Shown in pieces: positions 37,232 to 44,321 of a DNA stretch of 64,000 nucleotides (positions are counted from its first letter, which is position 1; each line of letters opens with the position of its first letter). The stretch spans positions 40,206 through 104,205 of IMG/VR virus record IMGVR_UViG_3300045988_175722; one strand, given 5' to 3'. The position numbers were made by a program, and so were the translations under genes. The notes beneath the pieces are model-generated. The model saw only the letters and a program-made list of their open reading frames with translations. It did no database searches and was not told the origin of the DNA. This DNA comes from a virus.

Positions 37232-37352
37232 CCATCGCTTTTACCAATACCCACGAGGCGAGAATATGGGCGGTATTCTAGATACATCACTCTGCCTTAC
37301 CATCACTATTAATTCGTAGGAACAGAATGTGTTTCTAATAGAGGAATTATAA
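37224..37352 (+). pseudogene. TRD-like mini-ORF 0b with an in-frame TAG
   Basis: MNNHRFYQYPRGENMGGILDTSLCLTITINS, then TAG at 37317, then EQNVFLIEEL. The TAG sits where other cassettes carry the G tract. Confidence 0.3.
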
Positions 37353-37358
37353 AGATTT

Positions 37359-37667
37359 ATGAGTTATAGTACATTAAAAATAGAGAAGAATAAATTCAGA
37401 GAACACTCTGTATTTTTATCCCGTTCAACCGTAAGTGATACGGTTGTAATCAAGTGTGGTTCAGAAAGCGTGTGTCTTGAGCAAGACGAATTTAAAGCGC
37501 TGGCACATCTCATGTGCTATGATTTCTATACACGAGGTATGATCGAGAAAGCTCAAGAACATAGCCGGAATGATGTTCGTCCATACGATATATATTCTAC
37601 TACCGATATAGAAGGTTACGACGAGAAGATTAATTGGGATTTGGATGTAGAAAATAACAACAAATAG
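37359..37667 (+). CDS. hypothetical protein
   Basis: 102-aa ORF. Past its TAG the same frame reads HFQRTREFIEYD then stop, which is the cassette-type tail. Confidence 0.4.
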   Translation: MSYSTLKIEKNKFREHSVFLSRSTVSDTVVIKCGSESVCLEQDEFKALAHLMCYDFYTRGMIEKAQEHSRNDVRPYDIYSTTDIEGYDEKINWDLDVENNNK

Positions 37668-37727
37668 CATTTCCAAAGAACAAGAGAATTCATTGAGTAT
37701 GATTAAAGATTTATAGAGCAAAACAAA

Positions 37728-39029
37728 ATGATAACAAAATTCAATTTTAAGGATAAGACCATCAAGTCTTATGCCATCCGAAAGCTGACACCTTTCGAGT
37801 GTTTCCGACTGATGGGTGTTCGTGATAATGTGATACAAACCATGCAGAGCACCAATGCCCAGGCAGCCGAACGCATCGCCAACTACAAGGGCAAGGGCAA
37901 ACCTGAAGATATGGCAGTATCAGCCAGTCAGCAATACAAGCAGGCGGGTAACTCCATCGTGGTAGATGTGCTTGCAGCCATCTATCAGCAACTCTGGTAC
38001 CAGAAAGAACCAAAGCGTGAGGCACAGACCTCCCTCTTTGCCGATTTCTTCCCAGAAGACCAACTCCCTACCTATCCGGTAGATAAGAACGATGATGAGA
38101 AACTTATTCTTACCACCTTCTCCGGTTACGACTCGCAGTTGATGGCAGCCGATGTGCTCGCCCAGCAGCATCCTGATTTCCGCTGGACGTGCGTAGGCTG
38201 GAGCGATATAGATAAGTATGCCTGTCAGATGCACGACCTTATCTTTCCGCAGTTTTCCGACAAAGCCTTGGGCGATATAACCAAAATCGACTGGCAACAG
38301 GTAAAATCTAATACGGGGGGGCAAGAAATTGACCTCTTTACCTATTCTTCACCTTGTCAGGATATATCGCAAGCCGGCAAGCAGATGGGTCTGAAGGAAG
38401 GTTCCGATACCCGCTCTGCATTATTGTGGCGAGTAGTCGATGCCGTAGAGGTATTGCGGCCTAAATACCTGCTCCAAGAGAACGTAGCAGCCCTGGTAAG
38501 CAAGAAGTTTATGCCCGATTTTCAGAAGTGGCTTGATAAGCTCTCTTCTCTTGGCTACGTAAGCCGATGGGCACGCCTCAATGCCAAAGACTATGGTGTT
38601 CCGCAGAACCGCGACCGAGTTTTCTGCCTCTCAATGAGAAAAGATGTAGCCTTCGATTACCAGTTTCCCGACCCTATTCCGCTGAAGAGAAAGTTGGAAG
38701 ATGTGTTGCAGGAAGAAGTAGATACAAGGTTCTTCTTGAAAGATGAATCCGTCAGCAAGTTCCTCCAGGCAAACGATAAAGACACCTGTGTCTTCCATCA
38801 GTTTGAGATAGAGCCGAGCCACGAGAATGCCATGGCATTGAAAGCCATCCTTACCCTTTTCGTAGAGCAGTATGATTGCTGGAACCGCAAGCCTAAGAGA
38901 ATGCAGGAGCTACTTGTTTCTTCTCACGAGGATATTATCATGCCATTATTCAATGATTGGAAAGAGAACGGCAAGTTCCAAAATCCAAAGTTAGATAGTT
39001 TGTACCATCAGTTTTTGGAGAAGAAATGA
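37728..39029 (+). CDS. DNA (cytosine-5) methyltransferase core, circularly permuted (IX-X-I…VIII), with no TRD
   Basis: AIRKLTPFECFRLMG (IX) and QAGNSIVV (X) lie at the N-terminus. They are followed by FSGYDS (I), SPCQDIS (IV), QENV (VI) and QNRDRVF (VIII). The G7 tract at 38315-38321 is in frame. Confidence 0.85.
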   Translation: MITKFNFKDKTIKSYAIRKLTPFECFRLMGVRDNVIQTMQSTNAQAAERIANYKGKGKPEDMAVSASQQYKQAGNSIVVDVLAAIYQQLWYQKEPKREAQTSLFADFFPEDQLPTYPVDKNDDEKLILTTFSGYDSQLMAADVLAQQHPDFRWTCVGWSDIDKYACQMHDLIFPQFSDKALGDITKIDWQQVKSNTGGQEIDLFTYSSPCQDISQAGKQMGLKEGSDTRSALLWRVVDAVEVLRPKYLLQENVAALVSKKFMPDFQKWLDKLSSLGYVSRWARLNAKDYGVPQNRDRVFCLSMRKDVAFDYQFPDPIPLKRKLEDVLQEEVDTRFFLKDESVSKFLQANDKDTCVFHQFEIEPSHENAMALKAILTLFVEQYDCWNRKPKRMQELLVSSHEDIIMPLFNDWKENGKFQNPKLDSLYHQFLEKK

Positions 39030-39215
39030 TTTGCAGTTTAACCCATGTTGCGAAGCCTTCGCCTATGATTAGGGGGGGGGTATCAGCAGGTAGTAAACGT
39101 AACAGACGGAGAAAGCGCAGCCACCTTAACAACTCGCTATGAGTCGATAGGTCCTACCAACATTTTAACGCTTGCGCATTACCCTATGACAGTAGTGTTA
39201 TATGAATACGAATAA
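39026..39215 (+). CDS. TRD mini-ORF C1 (out of frame as sequenced)
   Basis: MICSLTHVAKPSPMIRGG, then a G9 tract at 39072-39080, then YQQVVNVTDGESAATLTTRYESIGPTNILTLAHYPMTVVLYEYE. It needs 8 G. As sequenced it stops at 39142. Confidence 0.45.
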
Positions 39216-39353
39216 TACGATAGACAAAATAGGCAACATTTACTTTAATGAATGGAAGCCCGGTTTTGATGGTAATATCTGTGGCGTGAAAGGTATATAC
39301 CCTACCATTACTCTATCCAACAATACGGGGGGGTACTGTTAGAGTATGCTTAA
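39202..39353 (+). CDS. TRD mini-ORF C2 (tail out of frame as sequenced)
   Basis: …IGNIYFNEWKPGFDGNICGVKGIYPTITLSNNTGG, then a G7 tract at 39327-39333, then VLLEYA. It needs 8 G. As sequenced it ends YC at 39342. Confidence 0.5.
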
Positions 39354-39513
39354 AAAGAACGCACGTCTGGAGCGTATGTATCAGCGCGGTTTCCGTCCAC
39401 ATCACGCCATGTGGATCGATACCTATAATAAGCAATATGGCAAAGATATTATCTATACTGTTTTAGCTGGTATCAGTAGTAGAAACCATTATTACGTAGC
39501 AGTAGAACTATGA
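39346..39513 (+). CDS. TRD mini-ORF C3 (intact, no tract)
   Basis: MLKKNARLERMYQRGFRPHHAMWIDTYNKQYGKDIIYTVLAGISSRNHYYVAVEL. The start lies inside the C2 tail and the stop overlaps the C4 ATG. Confidence 0.5.
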   Translation: MLKKNARLERMYQRGFRPHHAMWIDTYNKQYGKDIIYTVLAGISSRNHYYVAVEL

Positions 39514-39658
39514 ATAGTAATCGCCCGATCATCCTCGGCTCTTATAGCCCATCCCAAAACGGCATTATCGTTCACCCTAAAGGTATCGCCCTATGCCTTT
39601 GTGGGGGGGCAAAGGGCATGATGTAGATAAACCGAAAATATTATTAGAGTATGAATAA
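39510..39658 (+). CDS. TRD mini-ORF C4 (tail out of frame as sequenced)
   Basis: MNSNRPIILGSYSPSQNGIIVHPKGIALCLCGG, then a G7 tract at 39603-39609, then GKGHDVDKPKILLEYE. It needs 8 G. Confidence 0.5.
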
Positions 39659-39802
39659 GGTTATTCCTTTCGTAAAACGATTTAAGGAGCTATGCCCACG
39701 ATTAGATGGTTACTCTACAGCCTTGTCATCAAGGTACGATGGATGGGGGGGCTGTACGACAACCACGGGCAGCATACTATGTTATTGTTAGTATATGATT
39801 AA
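39651..39802 (+). CDS. TRD mini-ORF C5 (tail out of frame as sequenced)
   Basis: MNKVIPFVKRFKELCPRLDGYSTALSSRYDGWGG, then a G7 tract at 39745-39751, then LYDNHGQHTMLLLVYD. It needs 8 G. Confidence 0.45.
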
Positions 39803-39939
39803 ATTGATAACAATCAATACCCCCCCCCATAATCTGTGGTGCTATCACTGCTCATTATTTTAAGGATGGGGTATCGAATATCCTTCCAAATACAAACTCG
39901 CAGATAAAGGCTGCGGCAATATTAGCAGAGTATGAATAA
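39795..39939 (+). CDS. TRD mini-ORF C6 (out of frame as sequenced; C tract instead of G tract)
   Basis: MIKLITINTPP, then a C9 tract at 39820-39828, then IICGAITAHYFKDGVSNILPNTNSQIKAAAILAEYE. It needs 8 C. As sequenced it stops at 39833. Confidence 0.4.
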
Positions 39940-40033
39940 GGTTATAATAGATAAAGGTAGCATTCCTCCTTCTGAAGAGAAAGAGGATGATTCTAATGAT
40001 ATGCCGCCATTCGTATTGATAGAATATGATTAA
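39932..40033 (+). CDS. mini-ORF C7 (short, acidic, cassette-type ends)
   Basis: MNKVIIDKGSIPPSEEKEDDSNDMPPFVLIEYD. It shares the 19-nt junction AGAGTATGAATAAGGTTAT with the C4/C5 boundary. Confidence 0.4.
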   Translation: MNKVIIDKGSIPPSEEKEDDSNDMPPFVLIEYD

Positions 40034-40202
40034 GATATTAGCCATTCACGAGGCAAGAACAGAGCACGCCAAGGAAGTACGCAAGCAGACTGGTACCAAC
40101 GATTATCGGGATAAAGCCGTCTTCTTCCGTGATAGTCCTTTGATGCAGTGCATCGGTACTTTCTCCACAAAGGATAATCTTCTTGCCTTCAGATATGAAT
40201 AA
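40026..40202 (+). CDS. TRD mini-ORF C8 (intact)
   Basis: MIKILAIHEARTEHAKEVRKQTGTNDYRDKAVFFRDSPLMQCIGTFSTKDNLLAFRYE. Confidence 0.5.
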   Translation: MIKILAIHEARTEHAKEVRKQTGTNDYRDKAVFFRDSPLMQCIGTFSTKDNLLAFRYE

Positions 40203-40211
40203 AGAAAAGTT

Positions 40212-40376
40212 ATGAACGAAATACATCCGATAGTAGTAGGCTTGCTGAATACGCCTCCCTTTGACAAGCGCTTCGCCCAGATAAGGCGAGTGTTCGCTAT
40301 CCAAGGTCTAGCGCCTACTTGCGATACTTGTGGGGGGGGCGGTACTCAGCCCAAGATACTGGTGGAGTATGATTAG
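40212..40376 (+). CDS. TRD mini-ORF C9 (intact, G8 in frame)
   Basis: MNEIHPIVVGLLNTPPFDKRFAQIRRVFAIQGLAPTCDTCGGGGTQPKILVEYD. The G8 tract is at 40332-40339. Confidence 0.5.
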   Translation: MNEIHPIVVGLLNTPPFDKRFAQIRRVFAIQGLAPTCDTCGGGGTQPKILVEYD

Positions 40377-40551
40377 GCAAGCCATCATTACCCACTATCG
40401 AACCGAAGAAGCGAAGGCATATCGCAAGATACACGGCGACAGAGGCGGTTGCCGTTATCAGGATAAGTATCATCGCCCAAGTCCCTACCCCTGGAGTAAC
40501 TGCATTTCCACCGTAACAAAAGATAATCTTTTATGGCAACAATACGAATAA
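40369..40551 (+). CDS. TRD mini-ORF C10 (intact)
   Basis: MIRQAIITHYRTEEAKAYRKIHGDRGGCRYQDKYHRPSPYPWSNCISTVTKDNLLWQQYE. This is the frame of track ORF 40330..40551. Confidence 0.5.
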   Translation: MIRQAIITHYRTEEAKAYRKIHGDRGGCRYQDKYHRPSPYPWSNCISTVTKDNLLWQQYE

Positions 40552-40691
40552 GAACCTGCGCAAGCAGAGGCAGAGCCGATGGTGATTGGTACTACAACCC
40601 TCACTCCCAAAGGTTAGAAATTGGGGGAAGCATCAGTAATGCCATCTCCTCCATCGCTAAGGATTTTATGATTATCATTGAACACCGCTAG
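40533..40691 (+). CDS. TRD mini-ORF C11 (intact)
   Basis: MATIRIRTCASRGRADGDWYYNPHSQRLEIGGSISNAISSIAKDFMIIIEHR. It ends inside repeat IR-A. Confidence 0.45.
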   Translation: MATIRIRTCASRGRADGDWYYNPHSQRLEIGGSISNAISSIAKDFMIIIEHR

Positions 40692-40878
40692 GCGCTCGGC
40701 GGATTTGAAATCCGCCGTTAAAAAATGTCCTAACCTTTTTAGGCTCTGCGGATTTGAAATCCGCAGCAAGCAAGATTGTATCAAAGAATAGGGGGATTAC
40801 AGATCCCCCAGTTTAATAGGTCGAACCTTTTTTGACGGTGGATTTCAAATCCGCCGGAACGCCTAACGGAAGACTTTG
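40685..40878. repeat. composite palindrome-cluster repeat IR-A
   Basis: Contains GGCGGATTTGAAATCCGCC (40698), CTGCGGATTTGAAATCCGCAG (40746), GGGGGATTACAGATCCCCC (40791) and GGTGGATTTCAAATCCGCC (40837). Its reverse complement aligns along its length with 50501-50695. Confidence 0.8.
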
Positions 40879-40911
40879 TCCCCATCAAAACCACAAAAAG
40901 CCCTAACTTTA
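40875..40911 (+). promoter_or_regulatory. bipartite promoter P7
   Basis: TTTGTCCCC, then a 25-nt gap, then TAACTTTA. Upstream of the gene at 41003. Confidence 0.35.
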
Positions 40912-41002
40912 CACTCAGAAACAAGAGAAAAGCGGGCGTGCGTATATCGCCGCCCTTCTCTCTTCCATCACATTCAGGATAACATAAAAAAGAAACGCAA
41001 AA

Positions 41003-42844
41003 ATGGCAAGCAAAAACAAAAACAGAGTAACCAACTTGCAGCAGTTCCAAAATCGTAGTGAGGAACTGAAAGATGCAGGCTACGTAGCCGTTCGCCCAGA
41101 TGCCTTTACGTCGCCAAAGAACGGCGGCAATAAGGTCTTTTCCTGGAACGGCTACGTTCACAGCATGCTCCTAACCACAGCCGGTATGTCGGCAAGCGGT
41201 GGCGATGCAAGCGGTTCTGCAGCACGTCAGCAAGTCTCAACTATCTTTGCATCGAGTGGCGGCGAGAACCTGGGCAAACCGAAAGGCGTAGGTACCGAAG
41301 GCTTAGGCTTTATGGAATGGGGTATGGCAAACCGACTGCCAAACCTTATCTGGATGCTCTCTCGCATGTCGCCTTTCACCGCAGCAGGAGTAGATTACAT
41401 CAAGAAAATATTGGTAGGTCGCGGTCCCGCAGCCAAGTATCACTACACCCAGTACGTAGGCGGTAACATCACAGAAAAATATATCCCCTACGAGAGTGCC
41501 GGAGTTTTGCTCCGTGGGCAGATAGCCGACCTGAAAGCCCAGGAAGAGGCAGCCGCCGAAGCCAAGCGCCAAAGAGAAGAGCAGCAGAACCGAAACAACC
41601 AGCAGAACCCCAATGAGCAATCTCAGCAGTCAGAGCCACCGTTCCATGCGATTCCATCGCAGGTCTCCTCATCCCCCGAAGAAGAGGAAAGCGAGGAGAT
41701 GAAATCCCTAAAAGAAGCTCTCCAAAAATGGGAAGAAACCAATGCCCAGCTTCGTGATTTCCTAGAAAACAACGACCTGATGCAGACCTTCCTCGACCTG
41801 GCAGGCGATATGGCTTTGATGTCACAATGCTTTGTAGAACTTCAGCTCAACCAGCGTTCCCTCGACGAGAGCGGCAAAGCCGTTCCCACCGCTCAATGGA
41901 CTCCGAAGGTGATCGGCCTAAAGCACCGTAGTATCTTCACCACTCGCCTGGAGCGCATGGATGAGAACTACCGCATCAACTATGCCTACGTGAGCAATCA
42001 ATGGCTCGACCCTACCCAATACGTCGGCGTACAGAAAGAGGAAGACCGCAAGATAGCTGCTATTCCTTATCTCCCTACCACATCGGCAGTAAAGGATTTG
42101 CAGCGCAATATCCGTGAGGCACGTCAGAAGCAGGTAAGCCGCAAGAAACGCCCTACCCGCTTCATTATGTCGCCAAGAGATTTTGGCGGTCCCTATTATG
42201 CCGATGCCCTTTGGCATTCAATCTTTGCCGGTAGCATTTTTGAGTATGCCTTTACTATCGTGGATGACCGCCTTACCCGAAAGCGCAACAGCAATATCAT
42301 CGGTAGAGTTATCTATATCCATCAGGACTACATCAATAAGCTCTATCAGCAGCAGGGCGAACAGAAGAAGAAAACCATCGGTGAGATTCAGATCGAAATC
42401 TTCACCTCTATCAATACCTGGCTCGCCAATCCCGATAATGCAGGTCAGGCGCTCATCTCCTCTGCCTTCACGGGCAGCGACGGAAAGGAGCACAAGGCTT
42501 GGGAAATCGTGGAAATCGAAACCAAGGCAAACGATCAGGCAAATGCCGATAAAACCGAGTTGCAGGAAATAAGCAGCATTATCTTCTTTGCCATGGGTCT
42601 TGATGCAAAGCTCATCGGTAATACTCCTGGCGATACGGCATCATCGGGCGGTACCGACCTGAGAGAACGTTTCCTAGTCAAGCAAATCCAGTTTGCTCCA
42701 TTGCAGCAATTAATGATACGTCCTCTGGAAGTTTTGAGCCGTTTTAACGATTGGGATGAGCACCTGGTATGGCAGATAGATCGAGAGGTATTGACCACCC
42801 TCGACAACTCAAAAACCGGAGTTGCAAAGCAGGGGCAGGAATAG
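41003..42844 (+). CDS. portal-like virion protein (tentative)
   Basis: 613 aa. FMEWGMANRLPNLIWMLSRMSPFTAAGVDYIKKILVGRG recalls N-terminal portal motifs of Bacteroidota phages, from memory only. It has an acidic/Gln-rich insert carrying degenerate hairpin element copy 10. Confidence 0.4.
   Translation: MASKNKNRVTNLQQFQNRSEELKDAGYVAVRPDAFTSPKNGGNKVFSWNGYVHSMLLTTAGMSASGGDASGSAARQQVSTIFASSGGENLGKPKGVGTEGLGFMEWGMANRLPNLIWMLSRMSPFTAAGVDYIKKILVGRGPAAKYHYTQYVGGNITEKYIPYESAGVLLRGQIADLKAQEEAAAEAKRQREEQQNRNNQQNPNEQSQQSEPPFHAIPSQVSSSPEEEESEEMKSLKEALQKWEETNAQLRDFLENNDLMQTFLDLAGDMALMSQCFVELQLNQRSLDESGKAVPTAQWTPKVIGLKHRSIFTTRLERMDENYRINYAYVSNQWLDPTQYVGVQKEEDRKIAAIPYLPTTSAVKDLQRNIREARQKQVSRKKRPTRFIMSPRDFGGPYYADALWHSIFAGSIFEYAFTIVDDRLTRKRNSNIIGRVIYIHQDYINKLYQQQGEQKKKTIGEIQIEIFTSINTWLANPDNAGQALISSAFTGSDGKEHKAWEIVEIETKANDQANADKTELQEISSIIFFAMGLDAKLIGNTPGDTASSGGTDLRERFLVKQIQFAPLQQLMIRPLEVLSRFNDWDEHLVWQIDREVLTTLDNSKTGVAKQGQE
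41636..41667 (+). repeat. gene-boundary hairpin element copy 10 (degenerate, inside an ORF)
   Basis: CCACCGTTCCATGCGATTCCATCGCAGGTC. An A-T to T-A swap keeps the stem paired. Confidence 0.6.
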
Positions 42845-42882
42845 CCACTATGGTGCGATAACCGCTCCATAGCCCCCTCTCG

Positions 42883-42913
42883 CCCCCGTCCCCAGCGATT
42901 CCATCGCTGGTCC
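42883..42913 (+). repeat. gene-boundary hairpin element copy 11
   Basis: Canonical sequence with the CCCCCTCTCG leader. It follows the stop at 42844. Confidence 0.85.
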
Positions 42914-42944
42914 CATATTATAATAACGTAAAAGCAAAAAGAAA

Positions 42945-44186
42945 ATGATAATCTCTACGAACCAAGAATTGCGTCTTCACGTTCCTAGCAACGCAATCGA
43001 CGATATAGCCACTATCCAGGGCATACTGGATAACAGCGAAAAAGATGTACTGAAGGATAAGCTCGGCGCATCACTCTATAACCGCCTGTGTGAGGAATAC
43101 AAGAAGCTCGACCCGCTCGATTTCTACAACCACGTGCAGGATGGTACCTACATTCAATACCCTTGGGAAGAACTTCTGCTGAACGCCCAGCGTGTAGTAG
43201 CTAACGAGGCGATGGCTCGCTTTGCCTATCAGCAGGTTATTTCTATCAATGGCGCAGGAGTCAACATCGCTTCCAGCAACGACTACGATGCAGCCAGTGA
43301 AAAGCTGCTGGATAAGGGTGTAGCCGGATATAAGAAGGAAGCCATGGTTTCCCTCAATAACCTTCTGCTCATGCTCGAAAATATGGCGAAGATGGTGAAG
43401 ACTTCGGCGAAAATTGCAGGCACGAATAATACGGAACATGCAGATTCAGAAAGTTCTGAAACACCAAAGAACGAGAGTTCCGAAGTGCAAAAGGACGATA
43501 GTACTAACGTACCAAAGAACAATAATACTAATGTACCAAAGAGTGACAGTACGAAAGGCGATGATACGAAAGGCGATGGTGACACAGAAGGAACACCCTC
43601 TCAGCCTACCAAGGACGAAATTCACGCCGCTCTAGAAGATATTATTCTCTTGTGGCAAGAAAGCCGATATTACTATCTGCATCATGATCTCCTCATCCCA
43701 ACCTGCGAAATCATGCAGCAGTATCTCGACATCTACGATAGCCGGGATAAGTTCATTCGTCTCATCCCAGATATGCTTTTTATTCAGAGCGAGTATCTGG
43801 AAGAAGCTTTTGGCGAAGATTTCATTCCTCGCCTCTTGCAGGCCGATGAAAACGACAAGATGCTGAAGAAGGCACGCCAACTTGTAGTGGCTTATCTCAA
43901 AGAGCGTACATCAGTCATTAATTTCGATAAGCTAGCCCGCTCCACAGCTCATAACGATGCCGTCACCGTAAGAGAAAGCATCCATCGGTTGCTGAAGAAA
44001 GAGGAAGCCGAGGCACAAGCCAAACTCGATGCAGCCAAAGCTGATAGTGCCACAGAAGGCGGCAATTCTTCCTCATCTACGAGTAACGCCTCCGGCGTTT
44101 CCCCATCGGGCAGCAAGGATAGCAATGAAGGTTACGAGAACAATCAAAAAGGTTCTCGCATCTTCGTAACCCCTATCCTGTGCTAA
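42945..44186 (+). CDS. hypothetical virion-module protein
   Basis: 413-aa ORF with a low-complexity Ser/Thr/Asn/Lys central region. Confidence 0.55.
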   Translation: MIISTNQELRLHVPSNAIDDIATIQGILDNSEKDVLKDKLGASLYNRLCEEYKKLDPLDFYNHVQDGTYIQYPWEELLLNAQRVVANEAMARFAYQQVISINGAGVNIASSNDYDAASEKLLDKGVAGYKKEAMVSLNNLLLMLENMAKMVKTSAKIAGTNNTEHADSESSETPKNESSEVQKDDSTNVPKNNNTNVPKSDSTKGDDTKGDGDTEGTPSQPTKDEIHAALEDIILLWQESRYYYLHHDLLIPTCEIMQQYLDIYDSRDKFIRLIPDMLFIQSEYLEEAFGEDFIPRLLQADENDKMLKKARQLVVAYLKERTSVINFDKLARSTAHNDAVTVRESIHRLLKKEEAEAQAKLDAAKADSATEGGNSSSSTSNASGVSPSGSKDSNEGYENNQKGSRIFVTPILC

Positions 44187-44321
44187 AAAAAAGCTTATTT
44201 TCGCTTTTGTGTCGCATCAAGCGCTTTCAAAACCGCTTAATTTGACGTTTAATCGGGAATCAAGCTAAAAATAGGCAAAAAATATTCTTAATTTTCAAAT
44301 AAGCAACAAAAAAAAGGATTT

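Noticed and set aside
37317-37667. Genome-wide reassignment of TAG, as seen in some gut phages.
   Set aside because: More than 60 long ORFs, including a 2091-aa gene, are intact under the standard code. TAG is used as the terminal stop of many of them, as in the TAGCGTATG junctions. Only two local in-frame TAGs exist, both in the decayed-looking cassette region.
40038-40304. An 88-aa minus-strand ORF within the TRD array.
   Set aside because: It is antisense to cassettes C8 and C9, which have the conserved start/stop junction architecture and TRD-like sequence. The minus-strand product has no recognisable features.
40698-40855. GCGGA-TTTGAAA-TCCGC hairpins read as tRNA anticodon stem-loops or tRNA genes.
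   Set aside because: A 5-bp stem with a 7-nt loop and U33/A37 can be drawn. However, there are no acceptor, D or T arms around any copy. The loop reading depends on an arbitrary choice of stem length in a perfect palindrome. I kept them only as part of the repeat-family finding.
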